NCBI GenBank assembly: GCA_022565615.1
Contig: JAIUMM010000004.1
Location: 622 to 64,621, forward strand
Direction of reading: 5' to 3'
DNA length: 64,000 nucleotides
Origin: Nanobdellota archaeon
GTDB lineage: Archaea; Nanobdellota; Nanobdellia; Woesearchaeales; UBA583
Of this stretch, positions 47,674-57,184 are shown in pieces (within the stretch, counting starts at the first letter, position 1; each line of letters opens with the position of its first letter). The notes below the pieces were generated by a model, which worked only from the letters and a program-made list of their open reading frames with translations, searched no databases and was not told the DNA's origin. The position numbers and the translations under genes are program-made.

Positions 47674-48525
47674 TTATTGTCCTACTTTATTTGTATATCT
47701 TACAAACATAATTACTAAAAACACTAATGATGTAAATAGTGAAAGCACTAATATTGATTGTGGGTTTTGAAGTAATATTCCAAAAATTGATACTATGAAG
47801 AACATTCCTACACTTGAGAGCCATAAAAATGAATTTGAATTAAAATATTGATAACCAAGAGTTGGAAGAAGTGGAAATAAATACCAAAATGCATAACTAA
47901 TTGTAATTAAAAGAAGAATAAAAATTATTGTATGGTGCATTTTTAAAAAAGATAATAATAAGATATAAAATATAAGTATTAAAAATGAATTGAAAAATGC
48001 ATAAGATTGTCTTACTGCTGTATTTTCTTGAACATATACGTGTCCCATCCCAATTTCAAAGACTTTTCTTTTTCCAATAAAGAGGTGATCTATTTTTTTA
48101 TGTGTGTATGTAAATAAATTATTTAATACTACAAATCCTATTGTTAATAATGCAATGATAAAAGAGAGTATTGAATAACTAATTGGTTTTTTAGTAAATC
48201 CTCTTTTTGTTAGTGTTTCATAAGGTTCTAAATGGAATCTATCAAAATAGAGTTCTTGGAATTGTAATTGAAATCCTTGTTTATATGCACAATATTTGTG
48301 AAATAAAAAATGAGTCCTTAGTAATATAAATGTCCAAATAGTTATTGGAATAATTAGTATTAGCCAATTTATATTTGTAAATCTAATTGCAAAGAGTGTA
48401 TATAATACTGAGAGGAGGAGTGATGATTTTAAAAATAAAGAATTTTCTACTTTTGAAAAATTTACATATTCCTTAACTTCTGAATTAGTGTGTTGATACA
48501 TTTCTACTATGTTTGAAACATACAT
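47674..48525 (-). CDS. Polytopic membrane protein, unknown function
   Basis: ORF track; no metalloprotease HExxH or other motif found. Confidence 0.45.
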   Translation of the reverse strand: MYVSNIVEMYQHTNSEVKEYVNFSKVENSLFLKSSLLLSVLYTLFAIRFTNINWLILIIPITIWTFILLRTHFLFHKYCAYKQGFQLQFQELYFDRFHLEPYETLTKRGFTKKPISYSILSFIIALLTIGFVVLNNLFTYTHKKIDHLFIGKRKVFEIGMGHVYVQENTAVRQSYAFFNSFLILIFYILLLSFLKMHHTIIFILLLITISYAFWYLFPLLPTLGYQYFNSNSFLWLSSVGMFFIVSIFGILLQNPQSILVLSLFTSLVFLVIMFVRYTNKVGQ

Positions 48526-48546
48526 ATTTATAAATTTATATATTGT

Positions 48547-48936
48547 TTGTATAGTATGAAAGATATTAAAATTAAAGGATTGCGTCCAACTTTAAGAATT
48601 AAAAAACGATTTTTATTAATTAAATATACAACCGAAGTTAATTCTAAAACTACACAAATGGATGAGAAAAAATTGTTATTTGAAATTAATAATCATCTAC
48701 TTAACATTTTGGGAACCCATCAGTTTGGAGAATTTGGTGTATGGTTTGTAAAAGAACAGTGTGATATGAAACATAATTTACTAGTTCTAAAAGTAACTAC
48801 TAGTGGTGTTGAAAAAGTTAGTGCTGCATTGAGTTTAGGACTTACTGCTGGACAAAATAATGTGAGATGTTCAATTTTAAAAGTAAGTGGGACTCTTAGA
48901 GGAATTAATGATCATAAAAAAAAGTTAGAGAAATAA
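48547..48936 (+). CDS. rnp2: RNase P protein component 2 (Pop5 homologue)
   Basis: LRPTLRIKKRFLLIKY (compare archaeal Pop5 LPPTLRxKKRYIxF) and C-terminal CSILKVSGTLRGIN (compare vlgvSGTIkrlk). Confidence 0.75.
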   Translation: MYSMKDIKIKGLRPTLRIKKRFLLIKYTTEVNSKTTQMDEKKLLFEINNHLLNILGTHQFGEFGVWFVKEQCDMKHNLLVLKVTTSGVEKVSAALSLGLTAGQNNVRCSILKVSGTLRGINDHKKKLEK

Positions 48937-49002
48937 TAAGAGTAAAATTAGTATAAAATAGAAACATAAATTGAAAGTATAAATTAAAAGTATAAATTAA
49001 AA

Positions 49003-49665
49003 ATGAATTCAAAACAAATTATTGAACTTGATAACTCTAATGAGTTATTACTTGAAGAATTAAGGCAAAAAACTTTACGTGAAATTAATGATGAATTATC
49101 AAAACAGGCTCAAAACTTAGTATTTGGAAAAGGAAGTAGTAAAGCTGAAATATTTTTTATTGGTGAGGCCCCTGGTGCAAAGGAGGATGAATTGGGAATT
49201 CCATTTGTTGGAAGAGCTGGAAAAGAATTAGATAAAATGCTCTCTTATTTATCTTTAAATTTAGAGGAGTGTTATATTGCAAATGTATTAAAATACAGAC
49301 CTCCTAAAAATAGAGATCCTAAAAAAGATGAGATTATTGCTCATCTACCTTACTTATTTGAACAAATTGAAATAATTAAACCTAAAATTTTAGTTCCTCT
49401 TGGCAATTATGCAACTAAATTAGTATTGAGTAACTTTAATGTAGATGAGATGAAAAAAATTCAAGGAGTAAGTGAATTACATGCAACTCTTCATACAATT
49501 TCTCTTGGAAGAGATAATATTACTTTTCAAGTATTTCCTATATTTCATCCTTCTGCTATGATGTATAATCCTAAGTTAAGAGATGTTTTTAAAGAAGATT
49601 TTAAACTGCTAGCACAATTTTTAGGAAAAGAATTTAAAGAGGAAAAACAGAAAAGTTTAATTTGA
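49003..49665 (+). CDS. udg: Uracil-DNA glycosylase superfamily, family-4-like, lacking the Fe-S cysteines
   Basis: Motif A FFIGEAPGAKEDELGIPFVGRAGKELDKML and motif B FHPSAMMYNP. No N-terminal CxxC is present. Confidence 0.78.
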   Translation: MNSKQIIELDNSNELLLEELRQKTLREINDELSKQAQNLVFGKGSSKAEIFFIGEAPGAKEDELGIPFVGRAGKELDKMLSYLSLNLEECYIANVLKYRPPKNRDPKKDEIIAHLPYLFEQIEIIKPKILVPLGNYATKLVLSNFNVDEMKKIQGVSELHATLHTISLGRDNITFQVFPIFHPSAMMYNPKLRDVFKEDFKLLAQFLGKEFKEEKQKSLI

Positions 49666-49813
49666 TTATTTTCAATTTCATCTTATATCAGGCAATCTCA
49701 ATTCTATAAATATATCTTAATTTTTGTTACTTTCAACTTATTTAATTCTTTTTATAAAAATAAACAAATTTTTTAAAATAAATATTTAATAACTTGATAC
49801 GAGTTAAGTAATT

Positions 49814-50545
49814 ATGATTCAAAGATTTTTAGGGCAAAATGGGAGTTTTCTTGTTTCAAATTCTCAAGTTTTAGTTAAAGATGAAAAAATTCCTCAAGGA
49901 TTTTCAACAAATGACTTGGTTCAAAGGTATAATGCGTTAACGCCATTTCTTAATGGCAATGATGAAGATACTTTTCTTCACTTATATTCAGATGGAAGAA
50001 TTATTAAAAAAACTACAAATACTGATTATATTACAACAAGACTTGAACTCTCAATAGTTCCAACTTATTCTAATAATGATAAAAATGTTGTATTTAGAGG
50101 GAGAGGTGAATTAGTGTACTCCCCTCCAAAATCTAATACTCCTACTCAAATATATGATTTAGAATATGAAATTGAACCCTCAAAAGAAAGACTTACAATC
50201 TCTAAAATTAAGGATAGTAATTCTTCTACGATCTCAAGATTTGAGGATTTTAAAGGATATTTTAAAAGAAGAGGATTTACTATTGAAACACTCTTAGATG
50301 ATGTTTCAAAATATAGGAGAATTTTAAACCCTTATAACGCACAAATTGAACATTTAAAAACAAGAATTTCTAAAGGTTATGAACATTTAAAAGATTCTGA
50401 TTTAGTAAGAGAAGAGATTATAGGTTTAAATTTAGATGAAGTTATTGAATTAAAAAAAGAAGGTGGAGGAGGAGATGCATATGCACTAAATTATCTAAAA
50501 AGTCTGCATAGAAGATATCCTCTTCATTTTGGAAGATTTAAATAA
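49814..50545 (+). CDS. Hypothetical protein (243 aa)
   Basis: ORF track only. Confidence 0.45.
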   Translation: MIQRFLGQNGSFLVSNSQVLVKDEKIPQGFSTNDLVQRYNALTPFLNGNDEDTFLHLYSDGRIIKKTTNTDYITTRLELSIVPTYSNNDKNVVFRGRGELVYSPPKSNTPTQIYDLEYEIEPSKERLTISKIKDSNSSTISRFEDFKGYFKRRGFTIETLLDDVSKYRRILNPYNAQIEHLKTRISKGYEHLKDSDLVREEIIGLNLDEVIELKKEGGGGDAYALNYLKSLHRRYPLHFGRFK

Positions 50546-50626
50546 ATTTAAAAAAATTCTCATCTATATAGAAAAAATGTTATCAAATTAAAATATTAAA
50601 AATAATTTATAAATAAATATTACTCT

Positions 50627-50815
50627 TTATTCTGCTTGTTTTTTAAGTCTTGTAATGTATCCAACAATACTATTTCTCATCTTTTTAGATGGAATTGTTG
50701 CATACTGTGTTACTGCTGCTTTATTTTCATCAAAGTTTGTAGAAAACTTTTCCTCTCCCATATTGTAAATTTTTTGACTTACAACTTTAATATAACGTGT
50801 TTTAATTCTACCCAT
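50627..50815 (-). CDS. rps17e: Ribosomal protein eS17
   Basis: MGRIKTRYIKVVSQKIYNMGEEKFSTNFDENKAAV matches the eS17 N-terminal signature (MG.vrtk.vKr....l.e.y...ft.dF..NK). Confidence 0.85.
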   Translation of the reverse strand: MGRIKTRYIKVVSQKIYNMGEEKFSTNFDENKAAVTQYATIPSKKMRNSIVGYITRLKKQAE

Positions 50816-50999
50816 AACTTAAAATAAATAGGAATGTGTTTATAAATATTTTCCAAATTAATTTTAAAAAATTAATACTAATTTTCTCTTGTAATTAAAT
50901 TTCATTAGTAAATAAATCAAAATATTATTAATAATTACTCATTTAATTAATAATTCTTAATAATTAATTTTATAAAGTTAATAATATTTGTAACCAAAT

Positions 51000-52178
51000 A
51001 TGAATATAGTAACAATAGTTGGAGCAGGTCCTGCTGGAATTGGAATTGGAATTTTACTTCAAAAAATTGGAGTACAATACGAAATATTGGAAAAAGAGAC
51101 AGTAGGTTCTTCGTTTAAAAATTGGCCTAAACAAATGAAATTTATCTCTCCTTCATTTACAACTAATTATTATGGATTTACTGACTTAAATGCTATTTGT
51201 CCTGATACTTCCCCAGCATTTGCACTTCATAAAACGTTTCCTAGTGGGGAGGAATATGCTCAATATTTACAAGGCGTGAGTGAATTTTATGAATTAAATA
51301 TTACAAAAAAAACACAAGTTCTCTCTATTGAGCAAGAAGAAGATACTACATTTAAAATTACAATTAAACAAGGCTCTAAAACTTCAATAATCACATCTAA
51401 ATATGTTATATGGGCAGTAGGAGAATTTTCATTTCCAAATCTTGATATTTTTGAAGGGTCTGAGTTTTGTGTTCATAATTCAACTATTTCAAATTGGGAA
51501 AATTTTGTGAATAAAAATTCTATTAAAAAAAATGAGGAATATATAGTTATTGGAGGATATGAATCTGGTGCTGATGCTACATATAATTTAGCAAAACTTG
51601 AAAATAAAGTAACTATTTTTGAAAAAAATGAACATTTTTTAGAACATATTACTGACCCTAGTAAAACGCTCTCTCCTTCAACTATTGAGAGATTAGAAGA
51701 AGTAGATGGTAAATTTAGAGTATTTGAACACTCAGTTGTAAATAAAGTTGAATTTGATAAAGTGAAAAAAGAGTATATTATTCATTATATTCAATCAGTT
51801 GAAGATGAAAAAACACAAGAATTAGTTCATGAGCAAAGAACACACACTTCAAAAACTCAACCTATTTTAGCAACTGGATTTGTAAACAATACTGGTTTAA
51901 TTAAAGATTTATGTAGTTATGATGAGAAAGGTTCAGTTAATTTAAATGATGTTGATCAAACTATAAATACTCCAAATTTATATATTAGTGGTCCACAAGT
52001 CAGGCAAGGAAATATTTTATTTTGTTTTATTTATAAGTTTAGACAACGATTTCCAGTAATAGTTGAAAATATTTGTAAAAAAGAAGGAATCAATTGTAAA
52101 GAAGTAATTGATTATTACAAAGAACAGCATATGTACTTATACGATTTAAGTTGTTGTGAAGAGGAGTGTAATTGTTAA
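51000..52178 (+). CDS. FAD/NAD(P)-dependent oxidoreductase with Cys-rich C-terminus
   Basis: Rossmann dinucleotide motif IVTIVGAGPAGIGIGILL, second GG motif IVIGGYESGADA. Ends DLSCCEEECNC. Confidence 0.7.
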   Translation: MNIVTIVGAGPAGIGIGILLQKIGVQYEILEKETVGSSFKNWPKQMKFISPSFTTNYYGFTDLNAICPDTSPAFALHKTFPSGEEYAQYLQGVSEFYELNITKKTQVLSIEQEEDTTFKITIKQGSKTSIITSKYVIWAVGEFSFPNLDIFEGSEFCVHNSTISNWENFVNKNSIKKNEEYIVIGGYESGADATYNLAKLENKVTIFEKNEHFLEHITDPSKTLSPSTIERLEEVDGKFRVFEHSVVNKVEFDKVKKEYIIHYIQSVEDEKTQELVHEQRTHTSKTQPILATGFVNNTGLIKDLCSYDEKGSVNLNDVDQTINTPNLYISGPQVRQGNILFCFIYKFRQRFPVIVENICKKEGINCKEVIDYYKEQHMYLYDLSCCEEECNC

Positions 52179-52179
52179 A

Positions 52180-53118
52180 ATGAATTCAAATATTTTACAA
52201 TTATTAATATTACTCTTAGCTGTAATTGTTGGAAGCACTCTTGGAATATTTAATTTAGGAATTGAATCTGAATTTATTTTAGATATTGCTATAATTTCAT
52301 TATTATTTAGTGTATTTCTACAAATTCCAATTCACTCATTTTCATCATTTAAATCTATTTTAAAATATAAAAAATATATTAGTATTGCGTGGATTTTAAA
52401 CTTTATAATTATTCCAACATTAGCATTTTTATTAGCATTAATTTTTTTTGAAAAAAATAGTGCCTTATTTTTAGGAGTATTAATTTATTTAATTGCACCT
52501 TGTACAGACTGGGTTCTTGGATTTACTAAAAAATCAGGAGGGGATGAAGTTGCAAACTCACTATTATTGCCTCTAAATTTACTTAGTCAAATTCTTCTCT
52601 TACCAATTTATTTATATCTATTTACAGGAGTTGAATCCCTACCTCAAATAGAAATTATGATTGAGACATTATTACTTTGGATTTTACTTCCATTTACACT
52701 TGCTCAAATCGTGAAAATTATTCAAAGTACCTTTTTTAAAACTAATAATTATATTGAAACATATTCTCAACTACTAATGGATATAAGTTTAGTTGTACTA
52801 ATTATTCAAATATTTTCTTTAAATATTGATACTCTTTTATACCATATCTCTGCAGTAGCATTAGTTTTAGGAGTTGTGTTAATTTTTTTTATTATTGTAT
52901 ATTATATTGTAAAAATAATATCAAATATATGGTCATTATCATCTCCTTTAGAAAAATCATTAACAATGACAACAGCTGCTAGAAATGCTCCTCTAATGTT
53001 TGCAATATCACTTATATTATTTCCTGAAATGGTTCTTATACACTCAGTAATAATTATTGGAATGTTATTAGAATTTCCTCATTTAATTTTTCTCACACAT
53101 ATTTTATCACAAAAATAA
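52180..53118 (+). CDS. ACR3/BASS-superfamily permease (arsenite-efflux-like)
   Basis: LIYLIAPCTDWVLGFTKKSGGD (compare ACR3 LIGLARCIAMVIVWNdLadGD) and SLTMTTAARNAPLMFAISL (compare TLsFTAASNNFELAIAVA). About 10 TM helices. Start set at MNSNIL, 1 nt after the upstream stop. Confidence 0.55.
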   Translation: MNSNILQLLILLLAVIVGSTLGIFNLGIESEFILDIAIISLLFSVFLQIPIHSFSSFKSILKYKKYISIAWILNFIIIPTLAFLLALIFFEKNSALFLGVLIYLIAPCTDWVLGFTKKSGGDEVANSLLLPLNLLSQILLLPIYLYLFTGVESLPQIEIMIETLLLWILLPFTLAQIVKIIQSTFFKTNNYIETYSQLLMDISLVVLIIQIFSLNIDTLLYHISAVALVLGVVLIFFIIVYYIVKIISNIWSLSSPLEKSLTMTTAARNAPLMFAISLILFPEMVLIHSVIIIGMLLEFPHLIFLTHILSQK

Positions 53119-53205
53119 TTTTAATTTTTATAATTTATTTTAAAACTAACTTGAAACTAATTGTAATATAACAACTACTTTAATAATTAATTTTACACAA
53201 ATAAA

Positions 53206-53619
53206 TTAAACAAGATTAATCATCTCTTCAAATGTAAATCCTCTTTTTTTCATATCAACTATATCACATACAAAATTATCACTCTTTGTTGCTACAAGTT
53301 CACTAATTGGTAAAAAATACCATTGATTTTGAGAGAATTTAATTCCAACCCAACCTTCAGCTCCAAATTGACCTGCAAAAAAATCAAGCTCTTGAATTTC
53401 TTTTGAAGAAAAATATTTTTTATTAGCACTTATTGTTTTAATTTCTAGAACTAATTTTCTATCTCCACGTGAAGCGAGTAAATCTGGAGCAGGATGTCTT
53501 GTTGAACCTGATCCTGCAACTCTTACACATACCCATAAGTTTTCCCAAAATAAATTTAATAATTCATTTTCGCTTAGTGTTCCTACTGTTTTTCTACGTC
53601 TAAACGATTTTGCAGCCAT
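53206..53619 (-). CDS. hjc: Holliday junction resolvase Hjc
   Basis: GTLSENELLNLFWENLWVCVRVAGSGS...PDLLASRGDRKLVLEIKT (E...SG...D...E-x-K nuclease core), with size and layout as in archaeal Hjc. Confidence 0.8.
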   Translation of the reverse strand: MAAKSFRRRKTVGTLSENELLNLFWENLWVCVRVAGSGSTRHPAPDLLASRGDRKLVLEIKTISANKKYFSSKEIQELDFFAGQFGAEGWVGIKFSQNQWYFLPISELVATKSDNFVCDIVDMKKRGFTFEEMINLV

Positions 53620-53624
53620 ACTAC

Positions 53625-53993
53625 TTATTTTTTAGCAGATTTTGTTTTAGTAGTTTTAGTTTTTTTTTCAGGAGTTACTTTTTTCACTTCTTTTTTAGGT
53701 GTTTCAACTTTTTTAGTTTCTTTTTTAACTACTTTTTTTTGGGCTTTTTGTTCATGAACTAAATGCCTTAATACTTCAAGTTCTAATTCTAATTTATCGA
53801 TTTTTGCATCAATTTTATTAGCTAACTGTTCTTCTTTTAATGAATGTTTAATCCATTCTCTAAAATCATGTTTTTCATCATTAACATGATGTTTAAATAC
53901 ATCATCAGCCATTGTCTGAAGCTCTTTTGCAAACTTCTCTAAAGAAGAGAAGACTTTTCCATCTTGCATGTAAAATGTTTTACTATGTGCCAT
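53625..53993 (-). CDS. Hypothetical protein with lysine-rich (H1-like) C-terminal tail
   Basis: Folded N-terminal roughly 75 aa, then KKVVKKETKKVETPKKEVKKVTPEKKTKTTKTKSAKK. Lies 5 nt upstream of hjc on the same strand. Confidence 0.45.
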   Translation of the reverse strand: MAHSKTFYMQDGKVFSSLEKFAKELQTMADDVFKHHVNDEKHDFREWIKHSLKEEQLANKIDAKIDKLELELEVLRHLVHEQKAQKKVVKKETKKVETPKKEVKKVTPEKKTKTTKTKSAKK

Positions 53994-54111
53994 ATATACT
54001 ATTTGTAAATTAAAGAATTAAAAAAACTTAGTTACTTTTATAAAGTTAAGAAATAAAGAGAATGTAGTAGAATATAATTTTAAATGGACATACTAAAACA
54101 TAAATTTAAAG

Positions 54112-54425
54112 ACAATAGAAAATTACTAAGCCACATTCTGTTCTAACTATTAACAAGAATATCCTTCAATCAATTCTCAATGTTAGTGATACAATTCTTC
54201 TAAGCGAGATTTTCTCTTGCACTCGTGTATGTTCCTTTCAACTCCAGTTCTTTATTTCAAATTCTTCAATAACAATCACAAGATACGTAAAGAGGAGGTA
54301 TTTTCTATATTTAGACTACAATTTCTCGTAGTAATACACAATAATTGAGTGTGCGGACTTTTCTTACTCATTATAACATTTATAAAAAATTATAAGAGGA
54401 GCAGAGTACCTTAATTTCCTATTGT
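54112..54425 (-). ncRNA. rnpB: RNase P RNA (archaeal type)
   Basis: Minus strand: CR-I GAGUAAGAAAAGUCCGCACACUC (54369-54347) and CR-V ACAGAAUGUGGCUUA (54141-54127). P4 pairing AAG(U)CCGCA/UGUGGCUU. UGAAAGGAAC...GCAAGAG resembles CR-II/III. Terminal 14-bp helix ACAAUAGGAAAUUA (54425-54412) / UAAUUUUCUAUUGU (54125-54112) has one G-U. No ORF in any frame across 53994-54603. Confidence 0.82.
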
Positions 54426-54444
54426 AATATCAATAAATAGTAGT

Positions 54445-54452
54445 TATTTAAA
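54445..54452 (-). promoter_or_regulatory. Candidate TATA box for RNase P RNA
   Basis: Minus-strand TTTAAATA ends about 20 nt upstream of the first base of the terminal helix. Confidence 0.35.
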
Positions 54453-54603
54453 AAAACTTTGCTAAAAAAATAATTTGAATAAATACATAAAATATTAACT
54501 AAAATTTTCAAAATTTCTACTCTTAAACCTAAAAGACTAAGATTTCTAAGAAAGAGATATTTAACTTAATTTTAAATATTATTACTTATTTGTATACGTA
54601 TAT

Positions 54604-57138
54604 ATGATAGAATTTCAAACTTATATTGAAAAATTACGCTCTAATTCTAAATTTAAAACTCTAACTCTAAAACCTCACTTAATTATACTAGTAGGTCTTC
54701 AAGGCTGTGGAAAGTCTACATTTTCTAAACTATTACAAGAAGAATTTTCAAATTTTAACTATTCAATAATTTCTCAAGATGAATTAGGAAGTAAAAAACA
54801 TTTTGAAGAGTTTTCAAATACATTAGAAAATAATAAAAATCTCATTCTTGATAGAATTAATCATACACAACTTCAAAGAAAAAAATATATTACAAAAGCA
54901 AGAGAAAATGACTACAAGATTATCATCATAAATTTGAATCTTCCTCTTAAACATTTAGCTCAAAATCTTATTCAAAGAACTCAAACACTAAGAAATAAGC
55001 AAGAAAAACATCCAACATTTAATCCCTCTTCATACAAAGAAGTTACTAAAGTGCTATACAACTCTTTAAAAGATTATGAACCTCCACTTGAAGAAGAGTG
55101 TGACTTACTAATTCATTTAAGTGAGTTTGACCCGTACTGCCTAGATATTAGTTCAAAGTATTCTCAATTCTTAATTATAGGAGATATTCATGGATGTTTT
55201 GATGAATTTCAAGAATTATTACGAATCTGTGAAAAAAAAGGCTATAATTTAAAAAATACAGCAATTGTAAGTGTTGGAGATTTAGTTGATAAAGGTCCTA
55301 AATCCAAAGAAGTATTAGATTTCTTTTTCAATTCTGAATTTTCATCTCAATGCTTTATTGTTCGTGGAAATCATGAATTTAAATTACAACGATATTTAAG
55401 AGGAAATAATATCACAATTTCTCATGGACTTGAAGTTACAATTGAAAATTGTAAATTAGATAAAAATAATTCTAAATTTGATGAAATATATGCTCAAACT
55501 CTTCTTCAAGAATTAGACTCTCTTCCTTTTATGATTAAAATTGCTCAAGACTCTTATGTATTACACGCTGGAATACATCCTTTAAAATCATTATTTCAAC
55601 AACCAAAAGAGTATTTTCTCTTTGCAAGAACATTTAATCCTGTAACTCACTCATTTAACACTCAAGATGATAAAAAATGGTTTGAATATTATTCTTCTCA
55701 AAATCCAACTCTATTTTTTGGACACCAACACATTGAAAAGCCTAAAATTCAAGATAATTTATTTGGACTTGATGGATATTGTGTTTTTGGTCATGAATTA
55801 AGAGGAGCAATTGTTACAACTACTACATCAATAAATTCACAAAATTCTAAGTTATCAGAAATATCAAAAATATCAAATATTGAATTAATTTCAACTCCTG
55901 CTAAACAAATATATTATGAAGAACTTGAATTTACTCCTACTAATTTAATTGAACATTTAAAATTTTTAGAACAACAAGGTTATTTGAAATCATCACAAAA
56001 AAAAGATTTAATTTTATTTAATTATACTCAAAAAACAATGTATGAGCAATATTGGAATTCATATACTATGCAAGCAAGAGGAATCATTTTTAATAATTAC
56101 ACTGGAGAAATTGTTGCAAGGCCTTTTGGAAAATTCTTTAATATTAATGAAAATGAATCAACACAGCTCAAGAATTTACCTCTAAATAAACCATTTGAAG
56201 TATTTGAGAAAATTGATGGTGTTCTTGGAATTATATACTATCATAATTCTAAATGGAATCTTACAACAAGAGGTGAATTTGATTCTTGGCAAGGAAGTAT
56301 TGGAGAAAAATTACTTCAACAACAAATTAAAACTCAATATTTAGATATTAATTATACATATCTGTGTGAGATTATTCATCCTAAATGTAGAGTAATTATT
56401 AATTATAATGAAGAAAAATTACAACTACTTAGTGCAATTCATACTCAAAGAGGAGAAGAACTTAATTATGAATTATTACAAAAAATAGCACTAAAAAGTG
56501 GTTTTGATATTGTAAAAAAGATTAATAATAATTTAACAATTAAAGAATTACTCAATGAGCAACATACGTGGAGTAGTGATTTTGAAGGAGTAGTTATTAA
56601 ATTTGAAAATGGGCTAAGAGTAAAAATTAAATCTCACTCTTATAATTCGTTAGTTGAAACCTCACAAGGGCTTGATTCATATAAATTACTCAATTTTATT
56701 TTACTTAAAAGTAAAATTAATACTAATTTATTAAAAAATGTTCCTGAAGAATTAAAAGATAGAGTTAATACTAAACTAATAAAAATTTCTAATAGATATA
56801 AAGAAATATTTAAAGAAATTGAAGAAGACATTCTTTTACTTCAAAGAAAAGCTCTAGAGTTAAAATATTTAGAATTAAATTTAGATAATGAAGAAGAAGA
56901 TGAGTTAGATGAAAATAAGATTTATTTACATAAATTAGTTGAGATTTTACCTAAAGTTGGAGAACTTATTTACAAAAATGGTGATGGGAATATCTATTTA
57001 AATTTTAAACATTCAAATTGCATACTTCCTTTTATTAAATCTCAAAAAGATACTATTCATTTATACATCATTAAAATCATTAAAAATGAGATTAAAAATA
57101 ATTCATTCTTAACTGAAAATAAAGGAATTAAAAACTAA
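54604..57138 (+). CDS. Trifunctional Pnkp-like RNA repair enzyme: P-loop polynucleotide kinase + metallophosphoesterase + ATP-dependent RNA ligase
   Basis: Kinase P-loop LVGLQGCGKSTF. Calcineurin-type phosphoesterase motifs IIGDIHGC, VSVGDLVDKGP, VRGNHE, LHAGI, FFGHQH. Ligase motif I FEKIDG, motif IV/V FEGVVIKFENGLRVKIKSHSY. The domain order is that of bacterial Pnkp. Confidence 0.8.
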   Translation: MIEFQTYIEKLRSNSKFKTLTLKPHLIILVGLQGCGKSTFSKLLQEEFSNFNYSIISQDELGSKKHFEEFSNTLENNKNLILDRINHTQLQRKKYITKARENDYKIIIINLNLPLKHLAQNLIQRTQTLRNKQEKHPTFNPSSYKEVTKVLYNSLKDYEPPLEEECDLLIHLSEFDPYCLDISSKYSQFLIIGDIHGCFDEFQELLRICEKKGYNLKNTAIVSVGDLVDKGPKSKEVLDFFFNSEFSSQCFIVRGNHEFKLQRYLRGNNITISHGLEVTIENCKLDKNNSKFDEIYAQTLLQELDSLPFMIKIAQDSYVLHAGIHPLKSLFQQPKEYFLFARTFNPVTHSFNTQDDKKWFEYYSSQNPTLFFGHQHIEKPKIQDNLFGLDGYCVFGHELRGAIVTTTTSINSQNSKLSEISKISNIELISTPAKQIYYEELEFTPTNLIEHLKFLEQQGYLKSSQKKDLILFNYTQKTMYEQYWNSYTMQARGIIFNNYTGEIVARPFGKFFNINENESTQLKNLPLNKPFEVFEKIDGVLGIIYYHNSKWNLTTRGEFDSWQGSIGEKLLQQQIKTQYLDINYTYLCEIIHPKCRVIINYNEEKLQLLSAIHTQRGEELNYELLQKIALKSGFDIVKKINNNLTIKELLNEQHTWSSDFEGVVIKFENGLRVKIKSHSYNSLVETSQGLDSYKLLNFILLKSKINTNLLKNVPEELKDRVNTKLIKISNRYKEIFKEIEEDILLLQRKALELKYLELNLDNEEEDELDENKIYLHKLVEILPKVGELIYKNGDGNIYLNFKHSNCILPFIKSQKDTIHLYIIKIIKNEIKNNSFLTENKGIKN

Positions 57139-57184
57139 TTGAAAGAAAATTGAGAAATTAAATACTATATTTGACTGACTTAAA

